DNA from: Actinomycetota bacterium
GTDB lineage: Bacteria; Actinomycetota; UBA4738; HRBIN12
Assembly (NCBI GenBank): GCA_046724395.1
Contig: JBKOWM010000020.1
Span: 12 to 64,011 of the forward strand
Length of the DNA stretch: 64,000 bases
Direction of reading: 5' to 3'
The position numbers and the translations under genes are program-made. The notes beneath the pieces are model-generated. The model was not told the DNA's origin. It searched no databases and worked only from the letters and a program-made list of their open reading frames with translations. This document shows, piece by piece, positions 29,363 through 37,848 of the stretch; the stretch's first letter is position 1, and each line of letters starts with the position of its first letter.

Positions 29363-30580
29363 TCATTGCCCTGTGTGCAACTCGAAGGAGTTCAGGACCG
29401 GTGCCGCCGCCTCAACCGCCCGCTCGAACAAGGCCCCTTCTGGAGCGGTAATCAAGATCGCCAGGGTCCGAGCGGACCCTCCGGGGAGGTCCAGGACGTA
29501 GACGCGGTCCAGGCGGCCGAGTCCAACACCGCCCCACGCTCCCCGCCCGGGAACGGACACGACCGGCACACTGCTCCCGCCACAGGGGGCGATGGATGCT
29601 CCCGGGGCGGCGGCCACGTCCATTCGCAGCGCATCGATCCCCCCGACGCGTTCGGTGACGGGCACCGTCGCCTCGAGGTCGGGGTTGGACCGGATGGCCC
29701 GGACCAGCTCCTTGGCAGAAGCCGGGATGCGCAGGCTGTCGCAGGGTGTCTCTGGCGGCAGCGGGTTCACGAGGATCTCAATGCCGGCAGGTTCACGTCG
29801 TCCGCCAGCTCCCACCAGGAAAAACAAGCGCGGGTCGATGTACGACTCGGCGTGGTCGATCCAGGGCTCGGCGGCGCGGAAGGTGACCTCCCCGTGGAGC
29901 ATGGCAAAGGTCCCGGGCCCGGCCACGCCGGCCTCCGTCGACGGGTCCGCCCAGTTCTCCGGCGGTGCTCCTTGGTTCCACACCACCCCCAGGTTGTCGT
30001 AGAGCCTGTCGGTGGCGGCGTCGAGGACCAGCGTGTAGCTGCGAAGCCCCTTCTCTTCGTTGGCGGGGATGTGGGGGTCGCTTCCGTCGTCGCATGCCAG
30101 CACGGGGGAGGGCACCACCAGGGTGGTTTGGCCCTCGAGCCGTCCGGTGCCCGTCATCGTTGTCGCGGAATGCGTCGAGCACGCGGGGACATCACGCGTC
30201 AGCACACTCAGGTAACTCATGCCAATCTGGTCGTCGTACGCCGTGATGTGGAGGACGCCGTCCTCCCCCGCGCTGATGGTCATCGTCTGATGAGAGGCGA
30301 CTCGCGCCCCGCCGTAATGGTTGTAGTCGGTGGAGGCCCACGCGCCCACGAACCCGTTCGGCGTTTGATCGGCCGGCCGGGTTTCGGCCCCCCACATGAA
30401 GGCCCGGGCCAGGACGCCGATGGCCGTGGCGGCCACAACCATCGCCACCACCACGGTCCCCACCCTGCGGTTCCGGTCCCGCCGACGGCGGCGGTCGAGC
30501 ACCCTGTCGAACAGATCGGACTGCGGCGCGTAGCGCGAGGCTCGCCGCTCGAGGAGGTCGTGGAGCTCAGGCATCCTCAT
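29363..30580 (-). CDS. putative anti-sigma factor (single TM, about 330-aa extracytoplasmic domain of unknown fold)
   Basis: Start overlaps the ECF sigma stop by 14 nt (alternative 8 nt). TM 'VGTVVVAMVVAATAIGVLARAF'. Large C-terminal domain with no motif I recognise. Confidence 0.6.
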   Translation of the reverse strand: MRMPELHDLLERRASRYAPQSDLFDRVLDRRRRRDRNRRVGTVVVAMVVAATAIGVLARAFMWGAETRPADQTPNGFVGAWASTDYNHYGGARVASHQTMTISAGEDGVLHITAYDDQIGMSYLSVLTRDVPACSTHSATTMTGTGRLEGQTTLVVPSPVLACDDGSDPHIPANEEKGLRSYTLVLDAATDRLYDNLGVVWNQGAPPENWADPSTEAGVAGPGTFAMLHGEVTFRAAEPWIDHAESYIDPRLFFLVGAGGRREPAGIEILVNPLPPETPCDSLRIPASAKELVRAIRSNPDLEATVPVTERVGGIDALRMDVAAAPGASIAPCGGSSVPVVSVPGRGAWGGVGLGRLDRVYVLDLPGGSARTLAILITAPEGALFERAVEAAAPVLNSFELHTGQ

Positions 30581-31100
30581 CCTCCAGCATCCGTCGGAGG
30601 TCGGCCTTGGCGCGAGACAGCCTGGCTCGAACCGACCCAGGCTCGATCCGCAGGGCCGTTGCGGCCTCCTCCTGGTCCATCCCCAGCCACTCGACCAGCA
30701 CGACCGCCTCACGTTGACCGGTCGGGAGCGAGGCGAGCGCCCTGGAAAGGCTGTCCCGGCTCTGCACCACCTCGGCAGGGTCCGGGGAGGCCGTGGCTTG
30801 GAGGAAGTGCCGCGCCCTGCTGGCCAGCCACCGGAGGCGGCTCCGGTGCAGGTTCAGGGCGGTCCGGTACAGGTATCCCTGCGGGGAGCCCATCTGCCGG
30901 ACCCGGTCCCACCGCTCGTACACGCGCACCATGGCCTCCTGGGTGAGCTCGTCGGCCTCGGCCGCGCTGCCGGTGAGGAGGTAGAGGGCTCGAGCCAGGC
31001 GAACATGCTCAGCCTGGAAGAACTCCTCGAACCGGGGGACGGTCACCGGGGTGACCTGCTCCGCGGTCTCCGGGGATCCCATCGCTGAGGATTCCATCAC
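30567..31100 (-). CDS. ECF sigma factor
   Basis: Region 2 'ELTQEAMVRVYERWDRVRQMGSPQGYLYRTALNLHRSRLR', region 4 'QREAVVLVEWLGMDQEEAATALRIEPGSVRARLSRAKADLR'. Confidence 0.85.
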   Translation of the reverse strand: MMESSAMGSPETAEQVTPVTVPRFEEFFQAEHVRLARALYLLTGSAAEADELTQEAMVRVYERWDRVRQMGSPQGYLYRTALNLHRSRLRWLASRARHFLQATASPDPAEVVQSRDSLSRALASLPTGQREAVVLVEWLGMDQEEAATALRIEPGSVRARLSRAKADLRRMLEDEDA

Positions 31101-31407
31101 GTCAGGTCATGAACGCGACCGGGGTCGATCTGTTGCGCTGCGGGAGGAAGAAACTTCGTTGACTCGCGGCTCGTGTCCCGCAGGATCCCGGCCTGCCGCT
31201 GACCCGACTTAGGCGAACCCGCCGATACGGCCGGGAAGCACTCGACGTTGATGAGGTGAGGCAGCACGTTCAGGACACGCGACGCGAACTGCCGCGGGAT
31301 CCGAAGCACGATCCTCGGGAGGAAGCGCTCCCCGGAACCAAGACCGTTCACGACGAGACAAGGAGGAGAGATCGGAGAGACGCCAGCGAACTCCAGGATG
31401 TCTCCCC

Positions 31408-31450
31408 GTGCCCCGGCAGGAATCGAACCCGCGACAAGCGGTTTAGGAAA
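31408..31450 (-). other. orphan tRNA 3'-half-like fragment (possible att-site remnant)
   Basis: Reverse complement ...GTCGCGGGTTCGATTCCTGCCGGGGCAC has T-stem/T-loop/acceptor architecture, but no matching 5' half or anticodon arm. Confidence 0.25.
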
Positions 31451-31675
31451 CCTCGTGAGCAGGGTGACCGAGTACGCCTGAGAGATGTTTCCGCAGGTAG
31501 GGGCGCTGCAGGTACCTCAGTCGATCCCAGTGTGCGGACACTGCTGGCGCCGCACTGGCCCGGCCTTCACAACCAAGAACGTGAAGGGCCGGGCCAGCCG
31601 CCTTCCGGAACCTTCTGCACTGAAGCGTCCTGAATCACGCCCGTAGCAGAATCCGCCCAGGGGGTTCTTGCTGTG

Positions 31676-32000
31676 ATGGGCGAACCAGTCCGCATCGTCG
31701 CTCGGAGCCGCCGGTCCCGGGGCCCGCCGACCTGGCGGCGAGCTTCGAGGGCTTCGTGGTCGAGAACCAGACCGGCCTGATCGGCTGGCTCTGCTTGATG
31801 ACCGGGAGCCGCCACGAGGCCGAGGAGATCGCCCAGGAGGCCTTTGTTCGCGTGCCCGAACGCTGGGACCACCTCCGGGGGCTCGAGGATCAGACCGGCT
31901 ACTTGTTCGTCACGGCGCTGAACGTCTTCCGCAATCGTTCGCCGAGCGGGAATCGCCCTGCGGCGATCGATCGGCGTGGCGCCGAATCAGGACGCGTTCG
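31676..32000 (+). pseudogene. ECF sigma factor pseudogene (frameshift after start; region 4 lost)
   Basis: ATG 31676 is out of frame by 1 with 'FEGFVVENQTGLIGWLCLMTGSRHEAEEIAQEAFVRVPERWDHL...YLFVTALNVFRNR' (region 2). Downstream is Arg-rich junk. Confidence 0.4.
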
Positions 32001-32204
32001 CCGGAGTCGAAGACAGAGAGGTCGTCCTCGCCGGGCTCCGGACGGAGGAGGTCAGGGCTTCCATGAATACACCCGAGCGGCTTCGATCGAACGTCTGACC
32101 ACGACGAGCGACGGGCCGTTCAAGCCGTGCGGTGCCTATATGCGGCTGACGGACGGGCGGGGTCGATGCCCTCACCTCGGTGCTCGAAGGAGGTGCGGTC
32201 GTCC

Positions 32205-32340
32205 TGGTGGCACGCCCTGGATGGCCGGATCGTCGGGATGGCGGCCCTCGCCGTAGCACGAGTCTTGTCAGGTGTGGCCGCGCACATTGAAGACGTCGTC
32301 GTCGACGCTGGACGCCGTCGTCGCCGGATCGGTCGACGGC
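32205..32340 (+). pseudogene. GNAT acetyltransferase fragment
   Basis: 'IVGMAALAVARVLSGVAAHIEDVVVDAGRRRRRIGRRL' resembles GNAT motif A; no intact ORF context. Confidence 0.3.
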
Positions 32341-32366
32341 TGCCGACGAGCGTTTCCGCTGCTAGC

Positions 32367-32438
32367 GCGCCGGGAGGGAGTCGAACCCCCAACCTTCTGA
32401 TCCGTAGTCAGATGCTCTGTCCATTGAGCTACCGGCGC
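32367..32438 (-). tRNA. tRNA-Arg (anticodon ACG)
   Basis: Reverse complement GCGCCGG-TA-GCTC-AATGGACA-GAGC-A-TCTGA-CUACGGA-TCAGA-AGGTT-GGGGG-TTCGACT-CCCTC-CCGGCGC-G; 73 nt. This is the cognate substrate of TadA. Confidence 0.85.
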
Positions 32439-32589
32439 TCCGGTACAGGATAACGAGGGCTTGGACGTGGAGCATCGGACAAGGCAGAAAGGTGGGTGCT
32501 CCATGCTCAGCCCCCGTACCGAGAACGAGAATCGCTGGTACGTCTCCCGGTGGTAGGCGGACGATTCCTCCGAACCTGGATAATGGGTG

Positions 32590-33130
32590 GACAAGTTCCC
32601 ATTCCCCGGTTCCCACCAGCGCCGCAATGCTCGCGCTGCCCTAGTGTGGTGGTATCGAGTGGAGCTTGGCCGCGACGCATTCTCGGGTCGGCCCACCCTT
32701 ACTCTTCTTTATGTAACCGGTGCCCGCGGTCCGAAGCTGCTGACGTCCTACACTCGAAGACATCACCACTTCCCACATCATCCTCCGAGAGACGACGCGC
32801 AACGCTCGTACCGGTGGACGAACCGAGCGAGCTATACCGCTGTCCCTTCGTTCCCGCGCCGCAGTCATGGAGCTTCGCGCCCCCTGGACGCGTGAACAAC
32901 CTCATCGGTGTGCGAGCCACACCGTCCAGGACTGGTGCCGCGGACTGTCTAGGGGAACCGCCTGAACGTCCAGCCGCACAAGTCCCGGAATACCTTCGCT
33001 ACCCATGTGCTGCAACGCGGGTGTTTCCATCCATGAGGTTCAGCGGCTTCTTGGGCATCGAGACGTCACCACCACGATGCCCTATGCCGTCGTCGCACAC
33101 CAACGCTGGGTAGAGGCCCAGTCGCTGTTG
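32590..33130 (+). pseudogene. tyrosine recombinase (integrase) remnant, frameshifted
   Basis: 'NTFATHVLQRG' then a +1 shift to 'VSIHEVQRLLGHRDVTTTMPYAVV' (box II, catalytic Tyr region). Upstream 'LTLLYVTGARGPKLLTS' (box I-like) sits in a third frame. Lies beside tRNA-Arg. Confidence 0.5.
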
Positions 33131-33898
33131 TCCCGACGCTTCCGTCGGTGCGGTAGAGCGGTCGATTCGTCCTACACCTTCGCCATTAACTAGCGTTCAC
33201 GTTCATAGGGGTGCGGAAGAGCGAGTGCAGTTTCGGAGATTTCTCCGCTACGGCGACCGCAGCCAGGAGTCCACGATCAGATAGAGGTACCCCGCCATGA
33301 AGGAGATAGCTACGAACGTCCACCACGTTGGGCGGGCCAACATTTGCGCTCTGCGGCGCCCATACCCCAGATAGACCAACACCCAGAAGGTCCGCGGGTG
33401 CGCGCGGAGCCACGGCGTACGCCGCCGGCGCGCGTCGAGAGTGAGCCACCTCGCCATGTGTGCCACCCTAGCGACTCATCAACCGCCCTACTAGTTCACC
33501 TTGAGCAGACAACGCCAAGCGTCGACACAGAACTCCAATTGGCCGCTGCGTCTGCCCAGACGAGTGAGTTCGCCGGCAGGTTTTCCGTGCTGCGACGGGA
33601 ACCGAAGCGACCTGAAGACCTCAACGTTGCACGATGGGAGGGCTGCTTCGTAAGAAGCTGGACGAATGGGCGTCGCGAAGCGCTGAGCTGCTCTAGACGC
33701 CAGAGCTGACTGACTTCGAGTGGGCAGCTGCGATCGGCGACCTGTGGGCGTCGCCGAAGTCTCGCTCTCTTGCAGAGTGCTCACCGACCCCGAGGAGGAC
33801 CGGATGGTTCGGGCGCTGCTCATCGGAATGCTGCGTGAGCGAGAGCGCGGAGGGTCGCACACCTAACGGCCGAGAGCGTACGTGTCGCTGGCCCAGTC

Positions 33899-34327
33899 AT
33901 GTTCCCTTCTCGTTCGCCAATAAGAGGTAGTCTGCCGGAACCGTCAGCCTCGGGAGGGACCTTGCCATCGAAGAAGACCGCGACGAACAAGACCATGGCC
34001 AAGAAGTCCACGGCCACGGCCAAGAAGTCGACGGCCACGGCCAAGAAGTCCACGGCCACGGCCAAGAAGTCGACGGCCACGGCCAAGAAGTCCACGGCCA
34101 AGAACACGACGGCCGGCGAGACCATGGGCGAGAAGACTTCCAACCCGCCGCAGCCGGGCGACCTCATCGTTATTGATTCCGCTCAGGTTGGCTCGCCCGC
34201 CCGACAGGGCGAAATACTGAAGGTCATCGATAGGGGCCTTGCCGTCAGCTACGAAGTGAAGTGGGCAGATGGACACGAGACTCTCATCACACCCGCTGCT
34301 GGAACGGCTCACATCCTTCCAACGTAA
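33899..34327 (+). CDS. DUF1918-domain protein with N-terminal Lys-rich heptad repeats
   Basis: C-terminus 'QPGDLIVIDSAQVGSPARQGEILKVIDRGLAVSYEVKWADGHETLITPAAGTAHILP' is DUF1918-like; N-terminus has (AKKSTAT)x5. Start ambiguous: ATG 33899, TTG 33962 or ATG 33995. Confidence 0.6.
   Translation: MFPSRSPIRGSLPEPSASGGTLPSKKTATNKTMAKKSTATAKKSTATAKKSTATAKKSTATAKKSTAKNTTAGETMGEKTSNPPQPGDLIVIDSAQVGSPARQGEILKVIDRGLAVSYEVKWADGHETLITPAAGTAHILPT
33998..34102 (+). repeat. 21-bp tandem repeat (about 5 copies, alternating C/G variant, i.e. 42-bp higher-order unit)
   Basis: gccaagaagtc[c/g]acggccacg repeated head-to-tail; encodes AKKSTAT. Confidence 0.8.
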
Positions 34328-34848
34328 CGCAAGCCCCGACTGGTTTGAGTCCGGCGCACGAGTGAGACGGAGGACCGAAAAGGCCCCGGAGGGAGAGGGC
34401 AGCCAAAGCCTCCGGGGCTGTTCTCCGGTTAGCGCATGAGGACACCTCGCGCTCTTCGGACGGACCGCAACCAGGAGGATATTGCGTCGCGACGAGGACA
34501 GAGGTGTGAGAAGGTCTACAGTGAGTTCCCCGGGTTAGGGATGTCGCCGAGCGACTTGGGAAGCCGCTTGTAGCAGCTCGGCAGCCTCATCGAACGCCAC
34601 GAGTGTGAGCTGGAGATGGCGTCGGCTTCGAACTTCCTTTCGTTACAGAACGACATGACGACTGGCGCTTGGTCGCGAGAACCAGAACTCTGGAACCAAT
34701 TGCTGTCTTGGGAGTTGAACGTCTGTCGGGAACCTGGGGCGTTGGACGGCGGGACACACATCATCTTCGCGATTCGACGGATCTGAAACCCAAGCCGTGC
34801 GCCGTACCCGCGCTGCGGCCGCGGGATCATACCGAGGCACGGCAGCCA

Positions 34849-35607
34849 CTACTCTGCGGGGACGACCGCCCACAGATCGTGGATGACTGGGTGCCGTTGC
34901 GGCGCCGGCGGGCTGGGGTCGGTGGGTCGAACGATCTGGAACGTCCGCATGCCGAGCGCCGCTCCACCTTCGAGGTAGGCGGGTTGGTCGTCCACGAACG
35001 TGGTCGTCGCCGGATCGGCGCCGATCCTGTCCAGCGCGATGCGATAGATCTCTGCGTCGGGCTTCATGACACGTACCTCGAAGGAGAGCACTACGGCGTC
35101 GGCCTCGTACTCGAGACGCAGCGCGTCGACGACCGGCCGCGTCCAGTGGTCGCAGTTGCTGACCACCGCCGTCCGGATGCCCCGCCGCCGGAGCTGCCGC
35201 AGCACGGGCAGAGAGTCCTCGTACAGATGGACGCCGCCGTTGGTCAGGGCCCGCATTTCGAGTGTGGTCAGCTCTCGCAGCTCGTCGTCGGTTGGTTCCC
35301 CTCCTGCTGCCCGAAGGACAGCGGCGAGATCGCCTTCCGGGCTGCCGAAGATCCCGACGCCTCGACGCTCGCGCGTCCTGACGAACCCCCGCATGACGTC
35401 CCGCGGGGTCACGCCGATGGTCTCCGCGAGACGTTCACGCAGCATCGGCCATTCTGTCCATGCCAGCGTGTCGTACAGGTCGAAGACGACGGCGTCCACG
35501 GCCCCGAGTGTAGGGGCCGAAAGGTCGTCGTCCGGCGCCTTGTCGAGGTCCGCCTCGCTCGATGCGACGGCGGAGACGGGATGACCTGAACCTCCGAAGG
35601 ACCTCAA
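34849..35607 (-). CDS. HAD-superfamily hydrolase (subfamily IA-like)
   Basis: Motif I 'VVFDLYDTL', motif II 'VVSNC', motif III/IV 'K..........FVDD'. Confidence 0.75.
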   Translation of the reverse strand: MRSFGGSGHPVSAVASSEADLDKAPDDDLSAPTLGAVDAVVFDLYDTLAWTEWPMLRERLAETIGVTPRDVMRGFVRTRERRGVGIFGSPEGDLAAVLRAAGGEPTDDELRELTTLEMRALTNGGVHLYEDSLPVLRQLRRRGIRTAVVSNCDHWTRPVVDALRLEYEADAVVLSFEVRVMKPDAEIYRIALDRIGADPATTTFVDDQPAYLEGGAALGMRTFQIVRPTDPSPPAPQRHPVIHDLWAVVPAE

Positions 35608-35745
35608 CAGCCTCGATTACGCGGAATCGCGGAGCACGCGAGTACCCGGGACGGACATTCTCGAAAGCCCTCGGCCATCGTCGCGCAATCTCGTGCGGCA
35701 GACCAATCGTAGTACTTCGTCATCGAGCAGGAGGGAGAAAGAGAA

Positions 35746-36015
35746 ATGCGCGTTCGACGTCTAATCCTGGCGGCGTCTATCTCCGGCGCAATCGTGGTCG
35801 TGTCCGACGGCTCCGCGTCGGCACATGTGCACGGCATCACGCCGCTACTGCAGTGCAGCGTCGACTCATCGAACTCGGGTGGTACCGCGACGGATACGAC
35901 GCCTGCCTCGGCCACGAACGGCGGACCGATCGGCGGACTGATCCCTTCGACGGTCGGGGACGCGCCGCTCGAGATCGGGGACGGCGGATTCGACGCACCG
36001 GTCGCCTGTCCGTAG
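35746..36015 (+). CDS. small secreted protein (89 aa, signal peptide, two Cys)
   Basis: SD 'GGAGGGAG' 8 nt before ATG. Signal MRVRRLILAASISGAIVVVSDGSASA, then a Gly/Thr/Ser-rich mature region with Cys at both ends. Confidence 0.55.
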   Translation: MRVRRLILAASISGAIVVVSDGSASAHVHGITPLLQCSVDSSNSGGTATDTTPASATNGGPIGGLIPSTVGDAPLEIGDGGFDAPVACP

Positions 36016-36017
36016 TC

Positions 36018-36344
36018 TCACCACGCGCCAGGGCCTTCTCTGGGCGGTCGCACTGCCATGGCCTTTCGGTTGAGCAACCCCCGCTCGTAGGCGGCGACCG
36101 CCGCCTGCCCTGTGCGCCTGACTCGCAGCTTTGCGCGGACGTGGGCCAGGTGTGAGTGCACGGTGGCCGGCGACATCCCAACGACCTCCCCGAGGCGCTG
36201 GTAGTTGGTTGTCCGGTAATGCCAGCACGCGGACAGGACGTCGCGTTCACGGGGCGTGAGCGGGCACGGGCACGGCGTCCAGCGTCCCCACCGGCGCGAC
36301 CCGTGACATATGGCCAATTGGCCATTTGCCGACCCGTGCATCAA
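36018..36344 (-). CDS. LuxR-family HTH protein (GerE-type domain only)
   Basis: 'LTPRERDVLSACWHYRTTNYQRLGEVVGMSPATVHSHLAHVRAKLRV'. Convergent with the secreted-protein gene with 2 nt spacing. Confidence 0.6.
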   Translation of the reverse strand: MMHGSANGQLAICHGSRRWGRWTPCPCPLTPRERDVLSACWHYRTTNYQRLGEVVGMSPATVHSHLAHVRAKLRVRRTGQAAVAAYERGLLNRKAMAVRPPREGPGAW

Positions 36345-36475
36345 GCGGGTTCAGCCGCGTCTCACGAGGCCGTCCAGAGGGAGGGCGCGTAGCAGGGAGC
36401 CCGCGGCAAGCCATCGCACCGCGGACGCGGGCTGCGGACCAAGGGCGCCGGACGCGCGTGCGGACGCGGAGTCTG

Positions 36476-36565
36476 CGGAGACGGGAGGATTCGAACCTCC
36501 GGAGGAGCTCAACACCCCTCAACCGCTTAGCAGGCGGCTGCTTTCGGCCACTCAGCCACGTCTCC
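36476..36565 (-). tRNA. tRNA-Ser (anticodon GCT)
   Basis: Reverse complement GGAGACG-TG-GCT-GAGTGGCCGAA-AGC-A-GCCGC-CUGCUAA-GCGGT-long variable arm-GGAGG-TTCGAAT-CCTCC-CGTCTCC-G. Confidence 0.8.
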
Positions 36566-36610
36566 GGGTCACCGATTCTACGAACCCCTCGATGCGTGCG
36601 CCTCGCGCCG

Positions 36611-37720
36611 CTACGGGGAGAGGCGGCCGTGACGGTCGAGGATCTCGAGCGTTCGGTCGATCGGAAGCGCGTGCAGCACCTTCCCGTCGCGCCCCCTGGT
36701 CGTCGTGGCCTGAAACATCGCGTTGGCCACCGACTCCTCGACCACCTCGATCGTCGCCTCGAACAACGCGCTGAGTCTGGCCGGCTGATCATCCGCGGGG
36801 CCGTCCAGGAGGGCGCGCACGTCGATCGCCGCGCCGTCGGAGCGGAGCGGAATCCGGTTCGCGGTGGAGAACGCGATCATCAGCTCCCCCGACCCATTCC
36901 TCGCGGTCGATCCCGTGCGGGCCAGGCCGAGACCGGCTCGTTGGGCGATCCTCCGCAGTTGGTGGGGCAGCACAGGCGCGTCGGTCGCAACGACGCAGAT
37001 GCACGAGCCCTCCGAGTGCTCCTCGGGCATGAGATCCCGGATCTCCCTGCCGACCGGGACGCCGAGGAGCAGCATGTCGGATCGATCGCCGAAGTTCGTA
37101 AGGACGAGAGCGCCGACCGCGAAGCCGCCGTACTCCGCATCCAGAACGCGAGATGCCGTTCCGATCCCGCCCTTGAAGTCGAAGCACTGCATGCCGGTGC
37201 CCGCGCCGACACACCCCTCCTCGATCTCGTCGGAAGCCGCCGCGTCAAGGGCGTCGAACACGTCGCCGTCGGCGAGCGGGAACGTCGTCACGTCATTCAG
37301 GAAGGAATCGTCGCATTCGGAGACGACCGGCATGTCGCCGCCGTCGTTCGTCGTGACACCATGACGCTCGGTCCGCCACCGTACCGTCGCGTCGTACGCC
37401 AGCCCGATCGCCAAAGAGGACGTGAGCACGATCGGCGAGTGCAGCAGACCCCACTCGGTGATCTGGTTCGAGCCGATCATCTCGCCGTACCCGTTCAAGA
37501 CGTGCAACCCGGCGTAGACGCGTTCGACCCACGGCAGGCCCTCGTGCGGGAACACGGCCGTGACGCCGGTTCGCACCGCGTCGCGGCCGTCGGGGCTCGG
37601 ATCGCGAACGACCGTCTTGTGGCCAACGCGGACGCCCGCGACGTCCCTGATCGAGTTGGAGCGTCCCGTCGGCAATCGACCGACCGAAACGCCGAAGTCC
37701 CTTGCTCGGCCGCGCTTCAC
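36611..37720 (-). CDS. P1-family peptidase (DmpA/S58 aminopeptidase-like)
   Basis: 'SIRDVAGVRVGHKTVV', 'GAGTGMQCFDFKGGIGTASR', 'ICVVATDAPV' match the DmpA/OAT fold family. Confidence 0.8.
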   Translation of the reverse strand: MKRGRARDFGVSVGRLPTGRSNSIRDVAGVRVGHKTVVRDPSPDGRDAVRTGVTAVFPHEGLPWVERVYAGLHVLNGYGEMIGSNQITEWGLLHSPIVLTSSLAIGLAYDATVRWRTERHGVTTNDGGDMPVVSECDDSFLNDVTTFPLADGDVFDALDAAASDEIEEGCVGAGTGMQCFDFKGGIGTASRVLDAEYGGFAVGALVLTNFGDRSDMLLLGVPVGREIRDLMPEEHSEGSCICVVATDAPVLPHQLRRIAQRAGLGLARTGSTARNGSGELMIAFSTANRIPLRSDGAAIDVRALLDGPADDQPARLSALFEATIEVVEESVANAMFQATTTRGRDGKVLHALPIDRTLEILDRHGRLSP

Positions 37721-37848
37721 TGGTCCGCCTCCTCCGGGGCCCGCTCGAGACCGAGCGGGGGCCGGTGGATGCTACCCGGCCGACGGGAGGAGGGCAGACC
37801 GGCCGAGGCCCAACGCTTGGGCGGGTCGTTCGTAGAATCGGAGTCTCC

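Larger units (their letters stand above)
24980..36475. mobile_element. decayed, mosaic accessory island (lower GC) abutting tRNA-Arg and tRNA-Ser(GCT)
   Basis: GC drops to about 52-62% by eye against about 70% in flanking DNA. Many frameshifted or truncated genes, an integrase remnant, a tRNA 3'-half fragment, and tRNA genes at and within the right boundary. Confidence 0.45.

Noticed and set aside
29276-30946. 556-aa plus-strand ORF
   Set aside because: Antisense to the anti-sigma/sigma pair; Gly/Arg/Pro-rich.
33820-34167. Minus-strand ORF with (VDFLAVA)n
   Set aside because: It is the reverse complement of the AKKSTAT tandem repeat. The sense frame continues into a recognisable DUF1918 domain; the antisense does not.
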